This document shows, in pieces, positions 25,895 to 38,447 of a stretch of DNA of 64,000 nt; within the stretch, counting starts at the first letter, position 1; every line of letters begins with the position of its first letter. The position numbers and the translations under genes are program-made. The stretch comes from Dreissena polymorpha (Eukaryota). The notes under the pieces are model-generated. The model was not told the origin of the DNA, searched no databases, and worked only from the letters and a program-made list of their open reading frames with translations. The DNA is taken from contig NC_068355.1 of the NCBI RefSeq assembly GCF_020536995.1, forward strand, positions 63,355,738-63,419,737. Direction: 5' to 3'.

Positions 25895-26467
25895 AGCCAT
25901 GAATATAATCGATAATGAAATACATGTATATTAACTAAACTTATAAACATTGTAAATATGTTTATAAATGTTATGTAGGAAAAAAGAACGTTGTTGTGCA
26001 ATTATGTATTGCATATTTATTTATATTTATATCTTGTTTGATACAGTTTGATACAGTTTTCGGATACCCTCTTTTGCAGTCAAACTATTTATTTGTGTGA
26101 TTTCAATTTTTAAATAGTTAACTAAATCCAAATACTTGTTTGAAACAGGTTCAACTATTCTTTGAGAAATCTGGTCATGAGACTGTTTTTATCAGCTACT
26201 AACGTACTTCATGAACTTACTGGGTCATTTATGAAAGATTCTGCTCGGTATTAAAATATGTAAAAGTAATTCATTGGTCTACACATGTATTATTTATATT
26301 TGAATAAATTGATAATATCGTGTGAACAAACGCATTTTATAAATATCCGGAAACAGAAAATATGCGATGAAGTCTAAGAATAACGTAATACTAAGCAGTT
26401 TAATGAAATAGAGCCCTATTACCTTAACCGCTAACAAACTTTTCAGAGCATGTCAGAAACTGATTCT

Positions 26468-26826
26468 TACCGAACAAAATACGAAATTAATTATTGGAAT
26501 GGGTCAAATTATAGATGTTAGTTATAAATAATCTCACAATTTCTATCAACACGATAGCGTGTGCTGCGACCTAAGTAAATAGGATATACCGAACAAATAC
26601 GAAATGAAGGATTGGAATCGGTCAAATTATACATGGAAGTTATAATTATTTTCACAGTTTCTATCAACACGATAGCGTGTGGTGCGACCTATGAAAATAT
26701 GATATACCGAACAAAATACGAAATGAAGGATTGGAATCGGTCAAATTATACATGGAAGTTATAATTATTTTCACAGTTCCTATCAACACGATAGCGTGTG
26801 GTGCGACCTATGTAAATATGCCTATC
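26468..26826. repeat. ~120-bp tandem repeat x3
   Basis: accgaacaaa(a)tacgaaatgaaggattggaatcggtcaaattatacatggaagttataattattttcacagtt.ctatcaacacgatagcgtgtggtgcgacctatg.aaatatg repeats three times, the first copy more diverged. Confidence 0.85.
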
Positions 26827-26869
26827 ATACGCTAAACCCGCATTCGAACATAAACATAATACGATGATT

Positions 26870-27245
26870 TTCTCAGCAACAACATTTTGCTTCTTAATCG
26901 CGAGCATCGCCATGATTACTATAATCATCATTATAAGTATTGTCATTATTATTATCATTAGCATTATCGTTGATATTGTTGTTGCTACTATTATTAGAAG
27001 TATTTTTTTCTTAATAATGTTGAAGTTGCTGATCATTAATCCTTCTTGTGTAAATGGAGCGCATCCACATACAATCACATAACTATTAATTAATAGTTAA
27101 CTATTAATTGTTGTTGTTGTTGTTACAATTAAAAGAAGTATATTTACAATTATAATTAGAAGTATTATTATAATGTTGTTGTTGTTAATCATAAATCCTA
27201 CCTTTGTTATTGGAGCGTGTTCACATATGTGCTTAACTATTTATT
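26870..27245. repeat. AT-rich tandem duplication (~150 bp x2) with (ATT/GTT)n tracts
   Basis: ...attagaagtatt.tt..t.ataatgttg.....a.tcat.aatcct.c.t.tg.a.tggagcg..t.cacata...c..aactatt.attaatt is seen twice. Confidence 0.6.
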
Positions 27246-28120
27246 AATTAATTAATTATTTAACACATACTGGTTCGAAACCTAAATTTTCCTTTCTTTG
27301 TAGACAATACATTGTTTAAATAACCATTATGTTACTGACCCTCTACTGGCGAATCTTCACATAACAACCACTTTACCACTAGATCTGCTATACTTTATCG
27401 TATGCACTACTGTTTGTTTTATATTTGTGTAATTCTCTTAGAGATATGCTGACGTGTTACCACAAAATGTCATTGTTTTGTAATCTGTGAATACGAATAA
27501 AATGCTGTTCTGTTAAGTTCTGTTCTGATACAAGTAATTTTACCTCATAAGAACTGATTGTATTTAGCATGAATTTAACGTTTTTCGGTGAATATGGGCT
27601 TAGTTGTGTTAGTCCATGATAAATATATTATACTTAAATGGAAATTAAAAAATAACGCAACTTGAAATATTGATTCGGTTATCATTATTGTATTCTGACA
27701 CGTGACATGACTGTATTTATGATTGTGCGCATTTAAGATGATGTACATATGTATACGTTTTTATAAACTGTCAGTTCTGTTTTAGTCTGTGAATGTTGAA
27801 ACAAAAACACACTAATATTGATGTCCTTAATTGTATTTCATTATCAAACGTTACATGTGTTCAGATAAAGATATATTTGAAGGTTATATGAGTTGTTTTA
27901 TTAATATGGGTGTTCGTACGACCTGTAGGGGAGGGAACTCTTGTTTATGCATGCAATATTAACAATATGTCTTTTTACTGGTAGAGTTTGCTAATTAAGT
28001 ATTTCAAGTTAAGACTCCACACGTAGTCAGTAAGCAAGCATTATGGTGACGTGCTCAGCCTAGAACATGTAAGCAGCTTAAACGAGAAAGAAATAATACG
28101 TAACAAGCAAATTCGTTGAA

Positions 28121-28590
28121 TTGATATCCCCCGCGAATATGCTTCTGGACACAAAAGTGTTATATTTGACACTCAAAAATGCATTTTTCCAAGATACAAA
28201 GGGCCATAACTCCTTTATTATAAATGGTGTACAATGCCATTTGGCGTGCATCATCCTCTTATTCATATATATATACACATACCAAGTTTCAATGAAATCC
28301 ACCAAAAAACTTCCAAGATATGGCTCCGGACACAAAAAAGGATTTTTCCAAGATACAAAGGGCCATTACTCTGTTATTAACAGATGGTGTACAATACCAT
28401 TAGGTTTGCATCATCCTCTTATCCATATATATACTCAAATTAAGTTTCATTGAAATCCGCCAAAGCACTTCCAAGATATGGCTCCGGACACAAAAGTGCC
28501 TAACGGACGGACGGAAAGACGGACGGACGGACGGACAACGTCAAAACATATTGTGTTATAATATATAATGATATTCCCTACGCCAATGGC
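28121..28590 (+). mobile_element. Tetranucleotide-core family copy: ~185-bp body duplicated in tandem (28121-28300, 28300-28495) + (GACG)n core + tail ttccctacgccaatggcggggaa
   Basis: Two units share ttccaagatacaaagggccat.actc..ttatta..a.atggtgtacaat.ccatt.gg..tgcatcatcctcttat.catatatata.....a..aagtttca.tgaaatcc.ccaaa..acttccaagatatggctccggacacaaaa. They are followed by ggacggacggaaagacggacggacggacgg. Confidence 0.65.
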
Positions 28591-28762
28591 GGGGAATAAT
28601 CAGAACATGAACACTTTAAATTAGATTAACAGGAGTCAAATATCCCATAAAATTAGCGTTGAACTTCTGAGAACTTCTACTTTTAATAGATAAGTATTTA
28701 AAGAACAAAATATGGCTTCTGATGATTAAATGTTGTTTTATAACCCTGATATTCCCGTCAGA

Positions 28763-28960
28763 GTAGAGTATACAACCTCACCAAGTGGTTCAACCCATGG
28801 CAGATCTCCAACCACGCGGTGCTCGTGGTGGGGTACAGCAAGGAGCAGTGCGTCCCCTATTGGATCGCAAATTACCCGTGGAGGACTAGCGTTCTTAGGA
28901 GGTTTAATGGAATGCATAGTAAATTGAACGGCGTATTTCGCATACGAGGAGTAAGAAATA
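28763..28960 (+). pseudogene. Relic or diverged terminal exon of a papain-family (C1A, cathepsin-L-like) cysteine protease
   Basis: The frame after the acceptor-like cccgtcag| reads ...QISNHAVLVVGYSKEQCVPYWIANYPWRTSVLRRFNGMHSKLNGVFRIRGVRNIGCV. This aligns to the conserved C-terminal block NHGVLVVGYG...YWLVKNSWG...YIRMARNKGNHCGIA (active-site His/Asn region). The NSWG motif has degenerated to NYPW and the ORF overruns the normal stop, so it is probably a pseudo-exon. No upstream exons were found. Confidence 0.5.
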
Positions 28961-29428
28961 TTGGATGTGTGTTCTTAAACGTGCATCTCTATATGTTTTT
29001 ATCAAAAGAAAATAATTTAGGAACAAACATAATGATATATTACCGGATTAGAAAAAAAACACAATAACTCTTCGGCGGTGCATATAACCATCAAATGAAT
29101 CTACTGTATTTTAGCTAGTTATTATACCCTTCGCAAAAGAAGTTTGCGAGGGATTTATCGTCGGTCTGTAGGTCCTCATAACATGTTATAATCTTTTATT
29201 TTAAGGATTACATTTAAACTTCAAATACAAATCATGCCATCACTGTAAAGCATATTTGTGCTAGAACGAGTTTTATTCCATGTAATCTACTCGTTTCCGA
29301 GTTCCTTGCGCTTGAACATAATTAAAAAAGCGGAAATGGGGCATCAGTTTCGTTTGCGACAAAGCTTAAATTGACGTTTAACATGTTGAGTCACACAATG
29401 TGAGCCTTGCTCTAGGAAAACTGGGCGT

Positions 29429-29706
29429 AATGCTTATACGTAAAGTGTAATCCCAGAGTGGCACAGACCACATGGTTAACAACGCTTAATGCATATACGT
29501 AAAGTGCAATCCCAGATTGGCACAGACCACATGCTTAACAACGCTAAATGAATATACCTAAAGTGTATTCCCAGATTGGCATAGACCACATGCTTTACAA
29601 CGCTTAATGAATATACGTAAAGTGTAATCCCAGATTGGCACTGACCACATGCTTAACAACGCTTAATGCATATACCTAAAGTGTAATCCCAGATTGGCAC
29701 AGACCA
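29429..29706. repeat. ~60-bp tandem repeat x4.5
   Basis: aatgcatatacgtaaagtg.aatcccaga.tggcacagaccacatg.ttaacaacgctt repeats with a few substitutions. Confidence 0.85.
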
Positions 29707-30229
29707 CATGCTTAACAAGCACGACATATCCCGCTGTTTTGGATTTTTTCTTGTAACGGAAGTTTCTTCTAAACAAAAATCCAGGGTATGCGGAAAGCAT
29801 CCTTTTATTTATAAGCCTGTGTGCACTGCAAGGGCTTATCTCGAACGACGTTTTACGCACATGCATCAAGCTCAGTCTTCTCGGAGCAAGGCTGATCATT
29901 GCGGTGTGAATACTTCCAATGATCTTGTTCCTATATATTGTTCCTAGAAAATCCGATTTAAGTTAAGTAGTATGTACTTTGTATTATGTACTTTGTATAT
30001 GTTGGCACACTTTGGACATCAATTTAGGGGGCATCAAATTGTTTTTGAATGATGAACAATTCAAAATTCTCAAACTACTTTAAATATTTTGCTGAACGAT
30101 GCAAAAAGATTAGAATTAAACGAGAATGTTGAAAGGCATAAGTGTAAGTTCACATAAAAATAGCCTTCTTCTTCATCTTCTGCAAGTCCCTTATATTGTA
30201 AACGATTGGGTATGGAGCACTAATCTATG

Positions 30230-30345
30230 TGCTAAAGGCCATTCGAATGGTTGTGCAATCGCTAAAGGCCATTCGAATGGTTGTGCATCGCTAAAGGCCA
30301 TTCGAATGGTTGTGCATCGCTAAAGGCCATTCGAATGGTTGTTAC
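30230..30345. repeat. 26-bp tandem repeat x4.5, each unit carrying the 12-bp perfect palindrome CCATTCGAATGG
   Basis: gctaaaggccattcgaatggttgtgcatc repeats near-perfectly. Confidence 0.9.
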
Positions 30346-31199
30346 CATCAAGTACAAAGCCCATAGACAATTGCTAGGATTAACTTCGCTTACAGACCGG
30401 TTGTAATATAAATGCACGCACCTTTTGTATATTTTCATGGTCGAATTTCATATTATAAATACGCATTCAATGATAGTTACATAATACGACCTAATATTTA
30501 CATAACCACACCATCTGCATGTATCACACCTTGAATTTCCGCCTGCCCAGGGGATACAACTCAAACACGATACGAATGTGTTATCTAGTTACCATTCCTC
30601 TATCACCACATAGTACTCTCCCCCCCCCCCCTCTCAGACGATGATATCCTATCCCTCCCAGGTTGGTCCCTAGTTTCATTTTGTGTAGGGATATATATAT
30701 ATATTGTAAATGTTATTCCTTGTGTGCATTTGCCATTCCGTAACACAATCTGCAAAAACTCAACAAGTACTGGCACGTCAGCCAGGATGATAAAACTCGG
30801 TATTTTGATCGAGCACTTTATGTGGAAATTGCTCGTTATTTCATTTGTGTGCGTCCAACAATATACGTAGTTGCTTATTACTACAGAAATAATCGAAAAC
30901 TAACATCTGGATCCTGCACTACCCCAAAATGTTTTAAGGCAAGGTTGATGACACGTGCTGTGTGCGTAAAGGACCAACAGGAATATGCACGTTATGTGAG
31001 GGTTCTGTTTTTTCAAGACCAAACGTTTTGTTGGTATTGTTACAGAAATAAAATCAAAACTATGTTTTGGATTCTGCCATAACTTAAATTGACTTATGTA
31101 TTATTAATGAAACTTTGTTGAATCTATTTAAAAGTTCTTGTTTTTAAAGAGTTATTTGCCTATTGTTTACAATAACGTACATACGTTCCTCTGCTCAAC

Positions 31200-31440
31200 T
31201 CATTGATTGGCACGCTTTATTATCCCCACGCTTTTTTAAAAGCGTGGGGATAATGTGGTTATCTCCGCCGTCCGTCTGTCTGTCTGTGTGTCTGTCTGTA
31301 TGTCTGTCCGTTCTGGCCACTATCTCCTCCTACACTACTAGCACTACAACCTTGAAACTTACACACATGGTAGCTATGAGCATATGTGCGACCCTGCACT
31401 ATATGGAATTTTGATCTGACCCCTGGGTCAGATGTTATGG
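31200..31440. other. Hairpin atccccacgctttttt/aaaagcgtggggat + (GTCT)n tract + GC-rich ggggttggggtggggcc block; possibly a reverse-orientation tail or core of the tetranucleotide-core family
   Basis: The perfect 14-bp inverted repeat around 31214-31250 and ccgtccgtctgtctgtctgtgtgtctgtctgtatgtctgtcc at 31270-31312 are read directly. Confidence 0.5.
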
Positions 31441-32385
31441 GGGTTGGGGTGGGGCCGGATCAGAGATTTTCACTCATTTGTTAGTTTTTTTTTACATTAA
31501 CTTCTTTATTTCTACACCAATTCACTTCAAATTGATACTGAACCTCTCTTATGACAATACGGTAAATCTCAACTATGCATGGCCCCATTTCCAACCCTAG
31601 GGCGCCCCGCCTACATAGACCACACCCACCCAAAATTGCCTTTTACTATAATTTCTTCATTTCTACACCGATTCACTTAAAAAAATTGATACTGAACCTC
31701 TCTTATGACAATACAGTCAATTTCAACTATGCATGGCCCCGTTACCAACCCTGGGTCGCCCCGCCCACATAGACCACACCCACCCAAAATTGCCTTTAAC
31801 TATAATTTCTTCATTTCTACACCGATGCACTTCAAAATGATACTGAACCTCTCTAATGACAATACGGTCAATCTCAACCATGCATGGCCCCATAACCAAT
31901 CCTGGGGCGCCCCGCCCACATGACCACACACATCCAAAATTGCCTTTTACTATAATTTCTTCATTTCTATACTGATTCACTTTAAATTGAAACTGAACTT
32001 CTTTTTTGACAATACGGCCAATCTCAACTATGCATGGTCCCATTACCAACCCTGGAGCGCCCTGACCACATAGGCCACACCCACCCAAAATTGCCTTTTA
32101 CTATATTTTTTTCATTTCTACACCAATTCACTTCTAATTGATACTGAACTTCTCTTATGACAATATGGTCAATCTCATCTATGCATGGCCCAATTACCAA
32201 CCCTGGATTGCCTCATCCACATAGGCCACACCCACCCAAAGTTGTCTTTTACTATTACTTTTTCATTTTCACACCGATTCACTTGTGATTGATACTGAAC
32301 TTCTCTTATGACAATACGGTAAATCTCAACTATGCATGGCCCCATTACCAATCCTGGGGCGCCCCTGGATCAAACATGCGGCGTG
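31440..32385. repeat. ~150-bp tandem repeat x6
   Basis: The recurring block ctgaac.tctcttatgacaatacggt.aatctcaactatgcatggccccat.accaaccctgg..cgccccgcc.acatagaccacacccacccaaaattgcctttt.actataatttcttcatttctacaccgattcactt occurs at a 145-162-bp period; the marker atgcatgg is at 31575, 31729, 31880, 32035, 32180 and 32342. Confidence 0.85.
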
Positions 32386-35149
32386 GGGATACGCGTCGGC
32401 CTTTGCTGCGCCATTTCTAGTTTTGTATTTGATTTCAATTAAATATTTAAACAATAAAAATCACCATGCTCCTTTCATAGGACAAAATGCCAGGGCCTTG
32501 AGATTGCAGGTTTCCATCTTTTTTTTATAAATTAAAAATGCAAATCGCACTGTACCCTTTTGACAACATTGACTCCGTCACGGGAGATATACTGTCATCA
32601 ATAAGCATATATATTTTTATATTATTATTATATATTTTTATTTCATGATATTCTGATATTCACTTTCTGTAATTTCTAATTTTATTATTTGATGCTGTTG
32701 CTGTTTGTTTGTTTTTTCTCACTTACACTTAAAATTTAACACTTTCTCACTTAAAATTAAACACAGTTTTGCAGCTGGTTGTATAATTTTGTTTTCCCCT
32801 ATATTTAATTTTCCTTCTATAACGGCTCTGTGATATGCATTGATGAGTCACTCAGCAATATGTGCGTTTTGTTATCATAACATATATGTATGTACCTTGT
32901 GCACATTTAAGTCATTTAATCTATGTGTTTGCTTGTTAATTCTTCAAAACATAGTCATGTATGCTTTTTTATCATTGCCAGTAGCAAATACAAGTCAAAT
33001 ACAAAGAATCTATGCCTACACATGTGGTATCTGAAAGCTGGTTAAATTAAGGTCTTGAATGTAAGTGAAATAAGGTATTAAATTAATAATTTCATTTACA
33101 ATCACATACACTTATTTTTAACGAAATCCTTCAAGAAGTTACAGTCGAACAAAGAGGGATTGTATAAACTTTTCGTACTATAATTAGATAATGTTAACAT
33201 ATAATAATAGAAAAAAAGGCAACTCTTTATTATCTTCGAATACGGGTAGCAGCAAACAATTCTACCTTTACAATCATTTCCACACTATGCTCATTAAGCT
33301 GCGAATTCAATTGCGAAAATCCACCTTGCGATTCCAGAGGATAACGTACATTTATTTTTAAACGTAGGTACGTATGCCGGACGGACTACTATAACAATGT
33401 AATGTCCAATGGGAACCGAGCCATGCCGAAATATATGATAAGATAACGATCGCACTGGTATTGCAGAATGTTATCATTTTAATTTCTCAATATTGATACA
33501 TTTATATTAATATAAATTGTATTCTTCTTTTATCTTCACTTTGGTGTGGGGATGGGTTAGCCAGTTTATAAACGATTGAAGGGACATTTTTTTCACAGAA
33601 TTTGGCATGTATTGAAGTTTGTCATTACATGCTTTATATTGTAAACATTGAATCTAAAAAGCTCCGGTATAAAACAAGAATAAAATTAACGAAAGAAAAA
33701 ACAAGTAACCCTCAAATCGGCTCGAACCACTGACACCTGAAGAAAAAGTCTAACGCGTAGACCTATTTGCCATCCATGCTCATACAATGAGTGATGTATT
33801 TTATACTTTATATAAGTAATCCTCGTAGTGTCACACACAACGACAGAACTCTCCAAATTATTCAATCGTTTTGCATTGCAACGCTTTATAATTTTCAGGT
33901 TTGTAAATCGTTCAAAGATGCCTATAATGGATATTTTAGAGCATGGTAAATGTTCAGTATTACTGTTTCCTCCCAAATATCATAACTACAACGAGACTTT
34001 GCTTATCTGATTTTTTTAAAAATTTTGTCGCTGTACCAGAGCGCAAACATGTCTCTTAAATACAAAAAGGTCAGCAATTTATTTTAAGCTTATTTTGCAA
34101 GCTGACTTGTTTGCCATTCATCGATGTCCCCATCAACAGGTGTTATTTTAATTTAGCAATTTACATTTGGGTATTCATTCATATTTACCATAGCTCTTTA
34201 TATACACGATCACCATGACCTTTATGAACGACGTAGTTTCCTGATCTAAACTTGAAAAATTTACACTTTTCATTTTCCGCCACCGCAATCACCGTATAAG
34301 CACCTTTTTCATGTAAGTAGCATAGTAATTGTATCTATAACTCTTTCCGTGTGAAAACTCTATCAATTTAAAGGCATGCTTTATATCCCCAGCAGATTTG
34401 AAAGTAAGTTTTTCAAGCATTTTTAAATTACAGAAAGTGCTCATATAGTATAGAATTTAGAATCATTGCAAATACGTTAATTAAATAAAGTTAATCTTGA
34501 ACAAATTAGATGTGTGACATTAATATGTTAGACTCATTTATTTAGTCGGTATTCTTAGGTTTAATATATGTATAAGATTTGTATTTGATATATTATTTGT
34601 AAAAATGCAAAATGTGTGTTATATGTTTCTTTTAATTGCAAGATAAATTTACGATTATATTGACTCATAGGACACAATTATTAAAGGTGAAATTATGAAA
34701 CAAAAATGTTTCTTCAAATTTCATGTTTTCTGAAACGGCTGTTAAAGTGTGTTTTTATTGTCACCGAATATTGCAAACACGAGTGGGTGAGGACGGTGTT
34801 TTGATGTTAACATCATCTTATCATGCGAGAAAGCATAACTGATTATTATTGATATTATTCCTTTCACTAATAGATTCTTTAAGTAATATTTTTCCCCCAA
34901 ATCGTTTTATGTTGTTAACGAACTATGTAAACTACCATGATATACTGTAACAGTTCATGTTAAAAATTCACTTTAACACTAATTACAGCATACAAGGATA
35001 GGCGCATTGATACTTGTGTTTTTCTTGCTTTTCATTAAATAGTTTTATTGATAAAAGTTAAAGACAACTAAAAGCATTTCCAAGCTATGTAGACGGCCAA
35101 TTCAAACCTTGATTTATGGCTGCTTCATAAAATGCATGACGATGATCTT

Positions 35150-35340
35150 GACTTGTTCGGCGAAGCTGTCTGACCCAGGTTTTAACCTAATTCCATTACA
35201 AATAGAATATTGAATAAATTTACCACCAGTGGAGACTATTAAATTATACCCAACATTTAATTGGCTGATTTGAGATGAATCCCTAAAAAAACATTGGGTA
35301 AAGCAGCATGTACACTGTTCATCGAAGGGAATTTCTCACT
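35150..35340 (+). repeat. Dispersed ~220-bp repeat, copy 3 (more diverged)
   Basis: ttcggcgaagctgtctgacccagg...caaatagaatattgaataaatttacc...ttaattggctgatttgag aligns with copies 1 and 2. Confidence 0.45.
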
Positions 35341-36231
35341 ATTCTGGTTATATATTCATTAGCCACAGAGACTCAAACTTTAATCAATTTACAAATACAA
35401 GTACATTTGTAAATGTGTCGTTATCTGCGTTGTGCTTAGAATAAAAATATCATGTAATTTTTATTTCGTTAATGTCTTTGATACCCTACTGTGATAAGCA
35501 AAATAAGTTAATTTTCCCGTACTACATGTAAAGATTCAAATATGCACATATGCTATCAAAACAAAATAAATTGGACTGAAATATTCTGCGAAATGTGCGC
35601 ATTACCGTTCAACGCAGTACATATCATATTGCAGCAGTTCAGAGTATGTTCCCGGTCACTCTGTTCTTCCTGTAAATAGTCGAAAGGATGGTAGAATTGG
35701 CTATAAATACCTTATTGGCGTCGCTATGGAGAGCGGCGACTAGTATGTAATGCATTTTTTTTCGCTTATGGGAGGAAAAGTTATTTTACGGATCAATGTA
35801 TATATTTTTGTTTTAAGAATATCTTGCATAGTAGTGATTTTTTGTGTAAATTAGTGTAAATAAGTACTGCATTTGTGCCTTTTACATTTATTACAACATT
35901 TATTGCCAATAATGCAAAGCTAATTGTTTTAATTAATAACTGATCCACAACTGATCACAGGCGAAAGATCACAGGGACTGGGCAAATTCGCGAAACTTTC
36001 TGGTTTTGTATAAAAACAAAACATAATCAAAATATATTTATTTTGTGGTTGTTCTAATTTGCTTATTTAGTGGAGAATCAATGTAGTATGATATTTGACG
36101 ACCTATCGCGCAAGCAAGTTTATTGGAAGGCGTAGTGGTACGAAAACGTACAATGTATTAGTTTATTAATAGACATATAATAACGATCGCTACACACAAT
36201 TTTACCAAATAGCAGTAAATAAATGATGGCA

Positions 36232-36321
36232 GCCGGAATAGCTCAGTTGGGAGAGCGTTAGACTGATGTTGTTTACGCAGCAATCATCTAAAGACCCCCG
36301 GTTCAATCCCGGGTTCCAGCG
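36232..36321 (+). tRNA. tRNA-Phe-like gene with a 17-nt intron-like insertion in the anticodon loop. A canonical 37/38 intron implies anticodon GAU, atypical for a nuclear gene, so this is possibly a pseudogene.
   Basis: GCCGGAATAGCTCAGTTGGGAGAGCGTTAGACTGATG[ttgtttacgcagcaatc]ATCTAAAGACCCCCGGTTCAATCCCGGGTTCCAGCG. Outside the loop it matches metazoan tRNA-Phe(GAA) almost base for base. The D, anticodon and T stems pair perfectly; the acceptor stem has one C3-A70 mismatch. There are no recognisable box-A/box-B deviations. Confidence 0.6.
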
Positions 36322-36839
36322 AGAACGGAACAGTTCGGCGGCTGACAATTTTTTTAGTCAGGTTAATAAATATAATAAAGCTTTTTTTATGTAGACATTT
36401 TAAAATCCATTTTACTACAATTGGACATTTTTATTAAAATTAATGGAAGCCGCGTGGTGACAACGTTAATTAAAATTTCTTACATCACTTAAATATCTTA
36501 TAAAAAATACACATGTTTTTATATTAACAAATAAATGCAAAGAACACATCTATTATCCATGTATTTTTATGGTTGTCTATCATAGGCCCTAAGTACTATC
36601 CCTACAACGAATAGAGCGCGAAGCGCGACACGTATTATTGATTGTAACAATGAGTTGCGATAAAGGAAGCAGCCGCTTATCAAGTAGGCGCTGTGTCCCA
36701 GCAACCCATTTCCCTAGAATCAAGCACTCCTCGGAGTTTTTTTAAGAATCACATTTAGAGCGCGAAGCGCGACACGTATTACTATCCAGGTGGTATGGGC
36801 CCTTTAGCATTATCCGACCATTACGTCCATTGTTATCTT

Positions 36840-37500
36840 CCTTAGAATTTGAGAAATTTTGAAATCGTTGTTCGAAGTCCAAAATTTTCATCCGATTGTT
36901 GCCAAACTTGCACAGGTTTTTATCAAAGAGGACCCAACCCAAACTCAATATGAGCAATATCGGACCATAAGTCCAGAATAATGTCTCTTTGAATTTAAAA
37001 ATAAAAGTGAAAAACTGCTTGGTTAGGTGATTATGTCAACATTTTTCATCAGATTCTTTCCAAATTTACAGTGTCTTTATACTAATGAGCATTTTTACCT
37101 CATTTAAAATGAGAAACATCGGGACAATAAGTCCAGATTTTTTCTATTAAATTTGATAAAATAAACAATTTCCACTTGTTTAAAAGATTTCACAACTTTC
37201 GTCTGAATCTTTCCAAACTTGTTAAGTGTTTTTGTATCAGTATCGAACCCTATTGAAAAGGATGAATATCGGAGCAATAAATCTATTATGATCTTTTACT
37301 GAATTTCAAAATATTGTGAAATGCAGCTTCTTTATGCAATTTACAGTTTTCATTAAAAAAAAATTCAAACTTTTAAGTGTTTTCATATCAATGAGTACTC
37401 AACCCCTATCGTAAATGAGCAACGTAATAATAAGTTCAGAATCATCTCCTCTTGAAGTTGAGAAAAAATATGAAATTATGCTTACAAGATGAAGCATTTT
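36840..37500. repeat. ~130-bp tandem array x5 (diverged units); the last unit is continuous with the duplicated 470-bp block
   Basis: Every unit has the pattern ttccaaa.tt...agtgtttt..atca.tga....a.ccc.at.g.aaa.ga..a..tcgg..caataag.ccaga.t.. Confidence 0.6.
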
Positions 37501-38375
37501 TTTTAAACCTACACAGTTCTGTTGCATTAATGAAAACTGCACACGGATGCCAGTAAAAAAGGAAACCAATGTTAATAAAATGAACTATGACATATTTGGG
37601 GGTTACAACACAAAATCATAGATAATGGTTATTTGGGGGTTATAACACAACATCATAAATAATGGTTATTTAGGAGTTATAACTCAAAATTATAGATAAT
37701 TGTAATACCAGTATCTTTTTCTGTTTTGTTTAAAAAAACGACCAACATATTTATATTTACAGTAGAAAAAAACTCGTTCCATGTAACTTCATTGAGTGCC
37801 TTTTACACTTAAATTCCCGACGCCCTTTGATGCTTTGCATCAATACTCATCTTGTGTATCTTTTAAAATTAATGCAATAAATATATACTGCTCTTCCGGT
37901 AAATGTCATACATTTACACTACCGACGTAAAGTGCGGCGACTAGAATGTAATACGTTTTTGTACGCCTATGGGAGAAGAAGTTATTTTTCGGTTTCTGAT
38001 TTTGATTTAAAAACAAAACTTCTCTGTTCCGCTTTCATAGCAACCACTTAGTAACTAATATAGGCGCTATAGAGCGCGAAGCGCGACATGTATTATTAAT
38101 TGTAATAATGAGCCTTGATAAAGGAAGCAGCCGCTTATAAATGAGAAGCACCATCACAGCACCCAAGTCTCATTACTATCAAGTCCTCCTACAGGTTTTT
38201 TGTAAGAACCACATATAGAAGGCCGCAGGCCTGACCCGTATCTTGCCAGTGGTATGGACCCTTTGGTATGGACCTTCAACCACGCTCACTATCCAGCGTT
38301 TAAACCTTCGGGTTAACATTTAAACCGACTATTAATAGCTAATTAATATGTTAGTTAGAAGGTGATTTTTCAAGC

Positions 38376-38447
38376 GGCTCCGTATTGTAGTGGTTACACG
38401 CTCTCTTCACATGTGAGAGGCCCAATGTTCGAGCCCCAGTAGAATCA
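38376..38447 (+). pseudogene. Degenerate tRNA-Val(CAC)-like sequence (pseudogene or SINE head)
   Basis: GGCTCCGTATTGTAGTGGTTACACGCTCTCTTCACATGTGAGAGGCCCAATGTTCGAGCCCC has a box-A-like TAGTGGTTA, an anticodon arm CTCTC-TTCACAT-GTGAG and a box-B-like GTTCGAGCC, but no pairing acceptor or T stem. Confidence 0.4.

Noticed and set aside
29429-29706. Regularly spaced ~60-bp direct repeats that could suggest a CRISPR array
   Set aside because: The units are contiguous with no unique spacers, the genome is eukaryotic, and no cas-like ORFs exist. This is an ordinary minisatellite. The same reasoning applies to the 26-bp array at 30230 and the 120-bp array at 26468.
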